A DNA stretch of 63,982 nt, counting the filler, from Asterionella formosa (lineage: Eukaryota), in NCBI GenBank assembly GCA_002256025.1. It is 5 parts of 5 records of this genome, joined end to end, with 100 filler letters (N's around TTAATTAATTAA, not from the genome) between each part and the next. Parts side by side here need not be neighbours in the genome. Positions count along the whole stretch, not along the records: positions 25,964 to 38,831 come from NKIB01007106.1; 4 more parts are not named here. One strand, 5' to 3'. This document shows, one piece after another, positions 25,965 to 37,741 of the stretch. The notes under the pieces are model-generated. The model was given only the letters and a program-made list of their open reading frames with translations, did not search any database and was not told where the DNA came from. The position numbers and the translations under genes were made by a program. The first letter of the stretch is position 1. The number at the start of each line of letters is the position of its first letter.

Positions 25965-27358
25965 GGGTCGTTCTTATCATTTTTTTTCGTGTATCACGGA
26001 ATTTGAATTTTTTTGAAAATGTATCAGCAACGGTAACTCGATTTGAACTGAATTTCATTCATTCCAAAAGTGTCACTGTATCACTAATTTGTGATCACAT
26101 TGTATCATGGAGTAAAATGAATCTTCAACGGCAACAGGCTGGCGAAGATCATGTGTATATCCCTCCAGAATATAATGATGGTCTTGATATCAAGCAACAA
26201 CAAAATATAATTACCGGGAAACTAAATATAATATTAAAAACACACATTTGCATGAATCATGTCGTCGCCATTTGATTTACTTGATGATAATGACGATGAC
26301 AGTAGTGATCTTGATTTCTTCTTCCTCTGTCATTTAACTAAGGAAGCAGAGGAAAAAGAACACTCATCCAAACGACAAAGGCGACGCTGTAAACGGCAGC
26401 TTCAGTCATCTGAACGACGACGACAACGAAGGCACAAGTGGCACCACGAAAGAATCTCCTGGCAATCACATGTCGAGAAACTCAATCACGAGATTGCTTT
26501 CGAGAAGACATACAGAATGTCACACAGAGCATTCAAAAAACTCACCTCCATGCTGGAAATTCAGATTGCAGGGAATTATTCCAAATGTGGCACTTCTGAG
26601 CCCATAATTCCCGAAATTGTGGTAGCCATTGGTTTGCGATGGCTGGCTGGTGGCAGTTACATCGACATTCGTCATGCCTACGGTTGTAGCATTGCTTCAC
26701 TTTATCGATGTCGTGATTTGTTCATTGATGCTGTACTAAACTGTGAAGAACTCGAAATTATTTTTCCAAAAGAAAAAGAAGAATTTATCAAATTGGCTTC
26801 CAGCTTTGAATGCAAAAGCTCAGAGGGCGTGATGAGAGGATGTGTTGGTGCTATTGACGGCTTCCTTGCCACCATCAACCGCCCGACTATAGTTGAAAGT
26901 GGCAACAACCCTGGTTCATTTTTTTCCGGTCACTACTACTTTGCTGCTCATTGCGCCAATTAATCGAGATATAGTCGATGTCGGAAGATTGGTATAGAGA
27001 TGAGCGGACTACTGATTCTTGTATGACTCACGAAGCTGAAAGGTAATGTATACAGAGTACCGTAGTATATATATAACAAAAAATAGTTGGCGCAATATTT
27101 AATAGTGTTGTGCTTGCGTATTTACAGTTATTTTATCAGTGGCAACGGACGTGATACACAGTGATCAACGGCTTGATCAGTGATACAGCATTGGTCAGGG
27201 GTCCAAAAACTGTATCAGTGATACACCCATGATACACCGGTGATCAGACCAAAAAAACCGTTGGTGATACACAAAAAAAAACCAAACCGCCATTTTTGTA
27301 TCATATTTCGGCGATGATACACCAATGACAACAAATAACAGAATGATAAGAACGGCCC
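25965..27358 (+). mobile_element. PIF/Harbinger DNA transposon, internally deleted
   Basis: TIRs GGGTCGTTCTTATCATT (25965) / AATGATAAGAACGGCCC (27342-27358) followed by TTA; subterminal GTATCA/TGATAC repeats; truncated transposase inside. Confidence 0.85.
26259..26963 (+). pseudogene. Harbinger DDE transposase, N-terminal half only
   Basis: F..TYRMS...F..L, GLRWLAGGSY.DI, GCVGAIDG (first catalytic D), FFSGHY, then an abrupt end lacking the other catalytic residues. Confidence 0.85.
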
Positions 27359-27710
27359 TTAGGCAGTGGCTATGATATGTACTCTAACTTGCATGCATTA
27401 TACGATAACAGGTACCTGGTGCCTGGTACCAGTACTACATACCGGTAAATACATACATCATACTCCGTAGTACACGAAAATTCTGAAATGATCGTGACTT
27501 CTGATGTTCTCAAGACGTTCCCCGGTTCTGCTGTTGTGTATCAATGGTTTGCGAACTCTGCCATCACAATTTTGATTGTCAATATCGGTACCAGTAGTAT
27601 AGATTGACTCCAAGATCGAGCATCGCGATTGCAGGATACAAAAGAAAGGATCAACTCACTAAAACTGCAGCTCACAAGGAAGTCGCTTGTGTGTGAGCCG
27701 TCTCGACACA

Positions 27711-29030
27711 ATGATCCGTCGTGTTTCCTCCCGTCAGCGCATTGTCAGTTGGGATGCGTTTGATGCCACTGCATATGCTTCTGGCGCAATGGCCGACGAA
27801 GAATTCCAAACCTGCTTGTCGCGAGTCTCCTCAATTGAGTCGTTGACCACATGTGGGCATCCTTTACATGAGACTGCGTCGACGCCAGTGCTCGGCAAGC
27901 GCATTCGTCGCATCTCGTTGGATCTCCATCAGGACCCTCCTGACCGTAACGTGCAAGATCTGCCATCAGATGTGCAGATTTGCATCGTGTCCTTTCTCAC
28001 CGTTGACGATGCCAGGAGGTTTTCTTGCACGGGCCGATACATGCACAAATTGATTCAGAATCAATCTTTTCTCTGGAAGCAATGGTGCTTTCAGCAGTGG
28101 CCAAATTTGCCCACCGACGCTGTTTTTGTGGATGAGTCCAGTATCTCCGTGTCAGCAATGGGGCATTCAAACTATTACAGCAGCAGGAATTTGCTGCATA
28201 AGTCACTTCTCAGGGTAACAAGCATGAAGCCTGCCGAACCCAACTTCTCAAAACTTCTTCAACAACGAGCCATCGACTACCCCACTGTTGTGGATATGGA
28301 TGGTCTCTTACCCTATTCGACCTACAGATTTCGCAACAGTCGTCGCTCATCTGTCTTTTGCACGCTGGCACCAACAAAGATCCAGTTCACGGGCACTGTC
28401 GGAACCGGCGACCGATGCGTTCGTGCCAACGAACCATTGCCAAGGCCAGTGCGACTGAGCAAGAGTCATTTTCTCAAGTTCCTTTGTCGAGGCGAGAGCA
28501 GGTACAAGCCATTTTGCTCACCCTTTCTTGACAAGTCTGGAAATATAAACTTGACACCTAGACTCTTGGCATATTTTGAAGTCGCCATTTCGGCTCATCC
28601 GACCCCGACGCCATTGCATCGGGCGCAACGAAATGACTGTGTTGCGATTGGGCTTTCGCGACAGGCATTTTCGCCAGATGGTCGCATGCCTGGATGGGAC
28701 AGTCTATCGTATGGCTATCATGGAGACGATGGGGGGCTCTTTCACAATGGAGGTGACATGATTCGACGCTTTGGTCCGTCCTTTGGAGCAGGCGACATTG
28801 TTGGATGTGGAGTAGACTATGTTCATGGAGGAGTTTTTTTCACCTTGAATGGGGAATTTTTAGGGTACGGATGGACACAGTTGGATTTGGATGATGCCTT
28901 TTATCCGACCATTGGTGTTGACACTAATAGTGTATTGGAAGCGAATTTTGGAGCGAGTGCATTTTCATTTGATATGGCCAATTTTTGTCGAGAGCAACAA
29001 CGACAGCAAATACAGGAAACAAGCAAGTGA
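27711..29030 (+). CDS. F-box plus SPRY (RanBP9/10-like) domain protein
   Basis: F-box LPSDVQICIVSFL...CTGR...LWK. SPRY: AYFEV, VAIGLS, MPGW...SYGYHGDDG, FGPSFGAGDIVGCG, VFFTLNG, YPTIG, NFG..F.FD. First ATG at 27711. Confidence 0.85.
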   Translation: MIRRVSSRQRIVSWDAFDATAYASGAMADEEFQTCLSRVSSIESLTTCGHPLHETASTPVLGKRIRRISLDLHQDPPDRNVQDLPSDVQICIVSFLTVDDARRFSCTGRYMHKLIQNQSFLWKQWCFQQWPNLPTDAVFVDESSISVSAMGHSNYYSSRNLLHKSLLRVTSMKPAEPNFSKLLQQRAIDYPTVVDMDGLLPYSTYRFRNSRRSSVFCTLAPTKIQFTGTVGTGDRCVRANEPLPRPVRLSKSHFLKFLCRGESRYKPFCSPFLDKSGNINLTPRLLAYFEVAISAHPTPTPLHRAQRNDCVAIGLSRQAFSPDGRMPGWDSLSYGYHGDDGGLFHNGGDMIRRFGPSFGAGDIVGCGVDYVHGGVFFTLNGEFLGYGWTQLDLDDAFYPTIGVDTNSVLEANFGASAFSFDMANFCREQQRQQIQETSK

Positions 29031-29339
29031 AGAACCGGTAGGCAGTAACCGGCGTTTTGTTATTGCAAAGTGGTGGTGCCTGTTCAGGACGTTGCAATAA
29101 TTCTTTTTCTGGACTATTCTTTGTCGAGGATATATATAGTAAATGTTCATAGTAAGCGACAGTGTATCTCACCTTTAACTTTCTCAATAGATCGTTCTAC
29201 TATATTCGAAAGGTCGGATCGCAAGCAAGTAGATTTCATTATGATACCATTTGTCCGAATCGACAGTAATACCTAGTTCCCGTAAAGCGCAGAGAGCGAA
29301 TACAAATGCAACTTTGACGAAAGCAATAGCATTATAGTA

Positions 29340-31409
29340 TTAATGTTTCCACTTAACATCACAAACCAAACTAATGTGATCGCTAGCTACTTCTTTGGTT
29401 GGCAATGGGTCTGGCATATACGCGATAGTTGGTAACGGAGCTTGCCTACAAACTTCGAAGTCGCTTTCTGATAGAAAGATATGATCTAGAATAGCAAAAA
29501 ATCCTTCCACGTGATGAGTGAATTCAGATTCTTCGCTTGGAGTGTACGCCGACATAAGTGTCGGAAACGACGATGGGAGACACAAGGTAGGTGGTTCTAC
29601 AACTTCAACCTCCTCTGCCAAATTCTGTTTAGACCCCCTTTTTTGAGGATGATTCAGCAAGTTTTTCCATGCGTCGTGATGAGTAGGATCAACATTACGG
29701 CGCAAGAGCAAGTCAATGGCTCCGGCGCCAGGGTTTGAATTGAAATCCCCAGTAAGAATAACGGGACAACCTTCTCTTTGCCTAAATTCGTCGAGCTTTT
29801 GGCAAATGCCAAGTGTTTGGAGGGCCCGGATGTGGTCTCCATAGGGGTGATAGTATAAATGTGTGTTACCAACCACGATTTGACGACTACTGTCACGTCG
29901 GGATGTCAATCGTACGAGTTGAAGGACCTGCCCCAAATCATTGACAAGATTTTCCAGGCGAGGTAAGGAGGTGTAGAGTGATTTCACTTGTTGAAACGCT
30001 TCTTCCCAGGTTGTTTGAATGTCCTCTGGTGCGAGTAAGTGTCGAATGGCAAAGGCTTTTTGATCGTCGCCTTCATCTGCGATTTCAAAGGCTTCGTTCG
30101 ACCAGAACAAAGCACATCCTTCTTTCGTTTCTGTAATTTTGCTAGTGAAGAAACCACGATATCCCTGTGATTCCAGAATAGGGTGATAGAATGTCTGGAA
30201 TAGTTTGCAATCCACTTCCTGCAAACAAATAATGTCTGCCTTGTAGCTCAATATCTCATGCATCAGCAGGGGCATTCGTCGCCCTCGATGCAATATTTCG
30301 CTGGAACAGTATGCCATTCTATCCGGTTTGGGTCCTGCTTTGGACGTGTATTGATCTGCCAAAACATTGTAGGACATTATCCTAAGGTCTTGATCGTTTC
30401 GTGGACAAGTCCACTCACTCCGAAAAGTGTGAACAAATGGCATGTTTCCGATTGCCTGTACTGTGTGGAGGAATTGATAGGCTTCTGCGAATTCATTCGT
30501 TGATTGTTGTCCTGGGTTAATTAGAACAGATACATGCTTGCCGATATCATCAATAGTTGGAGTGAACGACGCTGCATTTTCAGCCCGTAGCTCGCCGTTG
30601 ACGAACCACGAGATGTTCAGTTGGGTGGCATGATGCAACTTTGCTTTGACCACAAGTGGCACTCCACTGAAAATACTGGCTTCAAAGTCTTCCAGTGTGT
30701 TGACAGATAGAATGATCGGTGCACATGAAATAATGTTGAGATGCATGACATCCAAGGCTGTATGAGCCACCGGCACCTCAATTCTAGCCGCCTCCTTGCC
30801 AGCTAAGCGCATCCACACATCCGATCCTGTCATTCCCTTGAAGTCCATTTCTTCTTCTCCAATGAATATTTTTGATTTGCGAGAAGGTGGCTTTCGATTC
30901 GCCTTGAGTAATACTCGGTCCTGCTTTCCCTTCCTGCGGACAACTTCGTCTGGAGATAAGTTGAGACTCAGCCGCTTGAAAGTATTTTCAGCCGGCTCGT
31001 TCCATGATCGCTGCAAGTTGATCTTTCTGACTGTCTCTCCTTGCACTATTGACGCCTGAATCAATATCATTGAGTCCTTGCAGGTGTCCATATCGGTGTC
31101 GAGACGGGCTGCAGGAGGCGACGACGTCGCTACGACATTGACAAGTTGTCTGAAAAGCGGTTCCACGTCAATTTGGTGCTTTGGATGCCGATTCGAATAC
31201 TCTTCAAGCATATCTTTGGGCAAGATCCGAGCTACCAGACGACCCGGCTCCGGCATGACACTCATGAATAGTGCAGATGATGAAGCCGTCAAGGGGCGAT
31301 GCGCAATGAAAAGCGATGGAAGGACGCGACTGGACAAGACTCTTCTGATGTTTGCCAATAGTATCCACATCAAAACCATGAACAGCTGATGTTGGCGCTT
31401 ATCTCGCAT
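29340..31409 (-). CDS. PDE12: 2',5'-phosphodiesterase 12 (CCR4/EEP family deadenylase)
   Basis: SYNVLADQY, DIICLQEVD, EGCALFW, VGNTHLYYHP..DHIR, GDFNS, LDHIF, SDH. Upstream SFTPT.DDIG domain typical of PDE12. Confidence 0.85.
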   Translation of the reverse strand: MRDKRQHQLFMVLMWILLANIRRVLSSRVLPSLFIAHRPLTASSSALFMSVMPEPGRLVARILPKDMLEEYSNRHPKHQIDVEPLFRQLVNVVATSSPPAARLDTDMDTCKDSMILIQASIVQGETVRKINLQRSWNEPAENTFKRLSLNLSPDEVVRRKGKQDRVLLKANRKPPSRKSKIFIGEEEMDFKGMTGSDVWMRLAGKEAARIEVPVAHTALDVMHLNIISCAPIILSVNTLEDFEASIFSGVPLVVKAKLHHATQLNISWFVNGELRAENAASFTPTIDDIGKHVSVLINPGQQSTNEFAEAYQFLHTVQAIGNMPFVHTFRSEWTCPRNDQDLRIMSYNVLADQYTSKAGPKPDRMAYCSSEILHRGRRMPLLMHEILSYKADIICLQEVDCKLFQTFYHPILESQGYRGFFTSKITETKEGCALFWSNEAFEIADEGDDQKAFAIRHLLAPEDIQTTWEEAFQQVKSLYTSLPRLENLVNDLGQVLQLVRLTSRRDSSRQIVVGNTHLYYHPYGDHIRALQTLGICQKLDEFRQREGCPVILTGDFNSNPGAGAIDLLLRRNVDPTHHDAWKNLLNHPQKRGSKQNLAEEVEVVEPPTLCLPSSFPTLMSAYTPSEESEFTHHVEGFFAILDHIFLSESDFEVCRQAPLPTIAYMPDPLPTKEVASDHISLVCDVKWKH

Positions 31410-32005
31410 TGAGGCATGGTCAACGCACGTCGTTGGGATGAGATTGAGATATCGGCTGCGATGGTTTGGTTTCCTTTGGCTTCTATTTTATTGGATATCG
31501 TGTCATAGATGTAATCACACCGGCACCTTAATATTACCGGTATTTATTTGCCGAACAGTTGCTAGCGTATTGTGACATTGTGTCACCCTCCCAAAACACA
31601 GGCATGCTGCATGATGGACGATCCCACAGCATCATTCACCCTGCTGAATTGCGGTTGAAGCCAGACTTATTTGTCAAGTTCATCAGCCATTACGATGGAG
31701 CGAACAAATCGAGCTTCCGGTATGTAAAGCTATAGCTAAAATGACAGCGTGTGATAAATGTATAAAATCCGGTATGCCGGTAGACTACTACATAATATAT
31801 ATTTATATAAATATATGATTAAATATCAATTTACAATTTGTTGTTAAAGTTTTTATAGCATACACTTTGCAAAGGGGGATAAATATAATCCATCGTGATC
31901 ATGGGATTTAGAATAAATGGACCATGTATAAGAGCAATTGAACATCACGCGCCATCAAGAGGCGAACTATAATGTGCAGGCAGTTATCCTTCGGAGTCGC
32001 TTGAT

Positions 32006-33821
32006 TTAACTTGGCATGCTGGTTGGAGACAAAGTGATCGTACTTGGTTTGGGCGATGTTGGAGGCCGCAGTGCTGGCATGACAGTTGGGCTCACAGGTT
32101 TGGAGGTTGGTTTTCTTGTTGGTCTGGTCGTAGGTCGTAGGGAAGGCTGACGAGTTGGTTGCTTTGTCGGGAATGGGGTGGGGACTTTAATACACAGCGA
32201 CATGGCAGTCTCCAGGTAGATGCTAACCACGGCATAATCTGGAGAAGTTCCACTATCTCCCGCCACAAAGCTGCACACCTCAAAGATTAGTCCGGTTCTA
32301 CCAGAATAGTTAGCAGCTCTGTACATTTGAGATGCAAAGAGTCCCGCCAAGGAACTTGAGGTCGATGTCATGTTGGATCTTGTGATTGTTACCGAATTGG
32401 CCTTTTCCTTGACTTGTGCGTTAAAACTGGTAGCCCTATTGTATTGCAAGTAGTACTCTCCAACATTGAGGATAATGTATTGATCACTCAATGTCACACC
32501 ATAGTCAACAAATGCCGCCAGCGTACCAATCCAAGGCCCATTGGCAGGGTTAACTGATACGCGTCGATCGTCGTACCATCCAAGATAGGCATGCTTTGCA
32601 CCGTTGAAGCACATTCGAGGCGAGTTGCTTTGAGCATAAGAATAACCCATAAGGCCGCTCTGGTCCCCATATGCAACACCTCCTTCACCGGAATGAAGCA
32701 ATCCTGGATATTTGGGTTTAGGGATTAGCATCTTTTAGCATTCATTACAAAATCAAGTAATTTACATGTCATGTACATACCGAGATTGTGACCGATTTCA
32801 TGCACCAAACCAGATGGGTAACCACACCACTTGTCATTGAAGACTGCTCTGGGCCATCCAATATAGCCATATGCCTGCCACGTTCCACTAGTTCCTGGAG
32901 GCATGCAGTAAATCACTATGAAGCAAAAAAGGCAAGATTTGAGAATATTCCGAAGCAAGAAAGTAGCGTAAATGCCAATACAAAGTGACTGACCATGATC
33001 AAATGTCGTGGACAAGGTCCCGAACTTGGAATTGGCTGCCAATGTAACAGTATTTTCCAAATCGAATGGCGTGCTTCCCATAACATTGACATCAATGAAA
33101 ACTTCCCCAACTCCGCTGACAATGTTTGCTCCTGTCGCTGGAGTAAACCTGAGCTTGGAATGAGAGCAATTCCCATAAACAGACGACAAAGTATAGGATT
33201 GCCCATACGTTCCAAACGCCGCGTTCGACATCTGCGAAGCGTTCAAACTTGGTTGGCTGTCGAGCGAAGTGATACGAAGAATTAGTACTGTACTGGTCCC
33301 CGAAGTTCGAATAGTCAATTTTCGATGATGTCCCTGTTGAAATTCCACTTGAACATTATCATTATCTTCCATAACGACAGCTTCCTGCTTTTCTGCATGT
33401 AGTGAATTATTTTCCTTTGAAATGCTCCCATAGAGCTCACCCTGTCTGACTTTCTCGGAATGATCATCTGCGAATTCGGGGCCAATCGCCAATGAGTAGG
33501 TCATGTCTGCTTCTCCGTCACTATCGCCATTTGGCAATGTCAAGCAGCTATAAAATGAATCATGCATGTCATTTTCCATGTCAATTTCAATCCTGGTCAC
33601 CCGACAAATGCGTTTTTGTTTGGTTTCATCAGAGCTAATAAGCAAGTGCTGCTGGCGGTTGGACTTGCTTGCCTATTGTTGCAGTTTGTATAAATGGTAC
33701 AGTGTGTGACGAGTTAGATTATAGAAAAAATGATTTCGGAAGATCAAACGAAAACACTTGCCTCATGCGATTGAACTTGAGCCAGCACAATCATCATGGT
33801 TAGTCTAAAGATAGTCTTCAT
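32006..33821 (-). CDS. Secreted metzincin, peptidase M11 (gametolysin-like), four exons, Pro/Thr-rich tail
   Basis: Spliced model: exon 1 33821-33762 (signal peptide), GC-AG intron 33761-33673, in-frame GT-AG intron about 32993-32916, GT-AG intron about 32780-32704. Splicing gives HEIGHNLGLLHSGE, YGDQSGLMG (Met-turn), MCFNGAK...LGWY and a PTxxPT tail. Confidence 0.85.
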
Positions 33822-34883
33822 AGTTCCTTATCCTTGCTTTTCGCGTGCTTGAAGAAGAAATTAGTAAAGTTCAGCAACAACAAGATCCGACACGGCACTC
33901 AAGATGGGAAATCAGAGAAAGTGAGCATATCGAAATCTTTGCTTTTCAGTAAATCCCCAGAAAAGAGTCGTGTGGGGTTGAGTTAGAGTCTTGTGGGAGC
34001 CAACCAATGGGTATGCATGCATTGTGTGTAAGAGATAGAGGTGCGACTGGCATTACTTCTTGTGTCCATGATCAGTATCATGCGCCTCTGAAGCTCCCAG
34101 TAGGTGCACGACGACTTCTTTATCATTCGATAGACGATGCATCACACATGAGGAAAAACTGTGTCCATTTCATCATGAGCACCGGTACCAGGTAGTCGTC
34201 ATCGTCAGTCAACAATTTACAGTACAGTACATCGAAAAAGAATGAGTTTAAATTTCAAGCATCATTGGGGATACAACAATATTTTACATCGCATTTTATG
34301 TATGTAGGGTTATAATAATAATAAAAAAGACAACATCCATCAGTCCTCCACTTCTTGCTTGTGACCGTGAGGACTGCACATACAAAGCTCTCTCGGTATC
34401 GAGATGATATTTAGCTTAAATCTTTGCCTTGTTAAAAACGTGTTTTACCGGGCCTTCATTGGTGGGGTACCCTGGTACCTGGTACCTGGTACCAGGGGGT
34501 ACCAGGCACCTTAGATACCGGTACTTGCAGTATCATTCGGACGTCATATTCCTTCACTGTGATCCACCCATTGCATTTTTTACGTATTCTGGTATGATGG
34601 CAGACTACATACCAGTACCGTTACCGCTCCTGATGGCAGTGTGTTATGTACATTTGCTTTATACAGCGTTGAAGATTCCCAAGGGTACTCCAGGTACCGG
34701 TATGATAGTGTAATTTGTTCGATATAGCTGTGTCGGTCTTCAGCGCCACTGCGAAAGAAGTTGCTCTTTTCCCGAGGCACCGTTGATATTCCTAAGCAAG
34801 CATTCCAATCTCCCCGAAGGACCCTGTCGTAAAGAATCGCACGCGAGGAACGTCGAACAATCCAAAAGCAAGTCAAAACTCGG

Positions 34884-37148
34884 ATGAACCCCAAAATCCT
34901 TCCAGCGACAATTACCATCATGTTGGCAGCAGCAACACTGCGCCGTGTCACTGGCTTTTCCTCCATTCGAAACACGGTCTTCAAATCATCTAGATCATCA
35001 CATTCTCCTTCACTCCATGACTTTGATGTCATTGTCGTTGGAGGAGGCCATGCAGGTTGCGATGCCGCAGCTGCGTCAGCTCGAACTGGGGCACGAACGG
35101 CCCTCGTGACACAACGTCTCGACACCATCGGCGAACTCTCGTGCAACCCCTCCATTGGAGGTATTGGGAAGGGCCACCTGGTCCGTGAAGTGGATGCACT
35201 GGATGGAGTCATGGGGAAAGTGGCCGACGTGGCGGGCATTCACTACCGAATGTTGAATTCGAAAAAGGGCCCTGCCGTCCGCGGACCCCGAGCTCAAATG
35301 GATCGGGACCTGTACAAGGCGGAAATGCAGGCAATTTTGAACAACTATCCTAATTTGAGTTTAGTAGAAGCGAGTGTGGAGGATTTGCTATTGGATGAGA
35401 GCAACTTGGCTTTCTCACAGGCAGACGAATTGATTTTGCCGGATGGAATTGTCACGGGTGGGATGTTGTCTGCCGCTCAAACTGTCATTTTGCCAAAAGC
35501 TAGCGAACGTCAAGCACAAATAAAGGGTATTGTTGCCAAGGATAGTGATGGAAAAATTTTGGAAATCACATCCAAAGCGGTGGTAATTACGACTGGCACT
35601 TTTCTTCGAGGGGTTTTGCTTCTCGGTCACGACCGCTACTCTGGTGGGCGCCACTTACGCGATAGTGAACAGGTCGAGCCACCTTCAGTTGGACTTGCAA
35701 AGACCCTCGAGAGGTTTCAATTTCCCCTAGGAAGAATGAAGACTGGCACACCTCCTCGATTGGATGGGACCACTATCAACTGGGATATTCTCCAGAAACA
35801 GCCCACTGATGACCCAGCCATTCCATTTAGCCATTTGCTTCAATTCAGCGGAAAACAACCGCCGAATATACAAGCTGGTAGAACAATTACATGTTATCAG
35901 TCAGCGACCAATGATAAAACGCACGAACTCGTCATGGAGTACGAGCACTTGCTGCCTCAATACGACGGGATGGATGGAGCAGGAAATGGACCAAGATATT
36001 GTCCTTCTATATACAAAAAGGTACTGCGATTTCCCGAACGTGATTCTCATAATTGCTTCTTGGAGCCAGAAGGACTGGCAACGGATGTTGTCTATCCCAA
36101 TGGCATGTCAGGACCATACCCGGAAGAAATTCAATTGAAAATCATGAGGTCTATGATTGGTTTGGAGAAAGTGGAGATCGTACGACCAGGGTATGACGTC
36201 GAATACGATTATGTTGATCCGACCTCTTTAACGCATACTTTGGAAACAAAGAAGATTGCAGGCTTGTACTTGGCAGGTCAAATTTGTGGCACAACTGGTT
36301 ACGAGGAAGCGGCAGCCCAAGGAATTGTTGCCGGTGCTAATGCGGGAAAGAAGGCGACAGGATCCATGACACCTTTCATCATCGGACGAGATGAAGGTTA
36401 TATTGGCGTTTTGGTTGACGATTTGGTCACGAGAGGGACGACAGAACCCTATCGCATGTTTACTTCAAGGGCCGAATACAGAATCAGTTTGAGAGCCGAC
36501 AATGCTGACTTGAGGCTGACAAGAAAGGGAATGGAGCATGGGCTGGTGACAGATGAGTCTCGCATGGCAGCCATGGAAGCAAGAGAAATCTTGATTGACG
36601 ATCGCATTGAGAAACTCAATGCATTTTCTCTCAAAGTAACAGAATGGGTTGAACGAGGCGACGAATCCATGGGCGGGGCGCAAATGGCTAAGAAGACGAA
36701 TAGAAAGACGGCTGTCGAAATTTTGACTATGCCCCACGTGACATTGAAGGCAGTTGAAGCCATTATGCAGGCAGTCAACGAAGAAGAGAGAGCAGTTGAC
36801 GAGACCATTGAAAAATTTGTTCCTACGTCTGTATCGGTCTTTGATACCGTCGAGGCAGCCATTACATATCAAAATTACGAACGACGACAGCACAAGGACA
36901 TGGAATCTTGGAGACGAGCTCAGGGCTTTCGAATCCCACCTGACGTCATTTATGATCACGCCAATTTGCCGACTCTCAGCGCCGAAGAACTGGAAAAACT
37001 CAGAGCCATCCGACCAAACACTTTTGCCGAGGCCTCTCAAATCAGCGGGATGACCCCGGAATCGCTGGTATACATATATAATCATGTCATCAGACGGAGC
37101 AAGAGACGAGAAAGGCGTGAGGCTGCTGCGGCGGCGGACAAACAGTAG
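34884..37148 (+). CDS. mnmG: tRNA uridine-5-carboxymethylaminomethyl modification enzyme MnmG/GidA (MTO1), organellar
   Basis: VIVVGGGHAG, SCNPSIGGIGKG, KGPAVRGPRAQ.DR, TTGTFL, KTGTPPR, GPRYCPS, FLEPEG, AGQI.GTTGYEEAAAQG, EPYRMFTSRAEYR. N-terminal extension. Confidence 0.95.
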   Translation: MNPKILPATITIMLAAATLRRVTGFSSIRNTVFKSSRSSHSPSLHDFDVIVVGGGHAGCDAAAASARTGARTALVTQRLDTIGELSCNPSIGGIGKGHLVREVDALDGVMGKVADVAGIHYRMLNSKKGPAVRGPRAQMDRDLYKAEMQAILNNYPNLSLVEASVEDLLLDESNLAFSQADELILPDGIVTGGMLSAAQTVILPKASERQAQIKGIVAKDSDGKILEITSKAVVITTGTFLRGVLLLGHDRYSGGRHLRDSEQVEPPSVGLAKTLERFQFPLGRMKTGTPPRLDGTTINWDILQKQPTDDPAIPFSHLLQFSGKQPPNIQAGRTITCYQSATNDKTHELVMEYEHLLPQYDGMDGAGNGPRYCPSIYKKVLRFPERDSHNCFLEPEGLATDVVYPNGMSGPYPEEIQLKIMRSMIGLEKVEIVRPGYDVEYDYVDPTSLTHTLETKKIAGLYLAGQICGTTGYEEAAAQGIVAGANAGKKATGSMTPFIIGRDEGYIGVLVDDLVTRGTTEPYRMFTSRAEYRISLRADNADLRLTRKGMEHGLVTDESRMAAMEAREILIDDRIEKLNAFSLKVTEWVERGDESMGGAQMAKKTNRKTAVEILTMPHVTLKAVEAIMQAVNEEERAVDETIEKFVPTSVSVFDTVEAAITYQNYERRQHKDMESWRRAQGFRIPPDVIYDHANLPTLSAEELEKLRAIRPNTFAEASQISGMTPESLVYIYNHVIRRSKRRERREAAAAADKQ

Positions 37149-37741
37149 TAAATCTAAGTGATCGTTCCCTGAAACGGGAAACGAAGTAACTGTCATCTAT
37201 AGTTTTTGATTTAAATCTGAACTTGCTCCACTTATATTTGATAAGCCAGGTCCTGAGTATATGGACTACTTACAAAACAAATACAATCTCACCAATCATC
37301 ATTTTGAATTAACGAGGAATCAAATAGCCACGTTCGCAATTTCAAGCATCGCAAGTACATTTATGAGGCAGAACCGAGGTGTAACCTCATTCAAATTCAA
37401 TCAAATGTCGATTTGGCTTCTCAAGTCGGACCCCAGCATTTTTGTTCTTTTGGTTTGGTCAAATCCACTCCAGTATCATATTTATGCCATATCGGAAAAA
37501 GTAGATTTCCGTACTGTTCTGGCTAAATACCAGTACTTAAGACTAAAAAATATATATTACATCATGTGTATTATAACATAAATTGTTGTATTCGTAACCC
37601 CAAAATTTGGGCAACAAAAACAACACAAACACATACTTTTTCTATTCATATATGCCTACATATAATTTCCTGGAATATTTCAAGACTTTCTTGCTTATTA
37701 GGGGTTTACTATATATAGAGGAAGATCAAAACAGCTGGATA

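Noticed and set aside
12766..27358. 14.6 kb composite transposon bounded by identical inverted Harbinger ends
   Set aside because: Two assembly gaps intervene, the flanking triplets differ (TCA versus TTA), and the 27358 end already has its own partner TIR at 25965.
34580..37196. Long antisense ORFs (219, 243 aa) and similar shadow ORFs over other genes
   Set aside because: They are antisense to well-conserved CDS and have no recognisable motifs.
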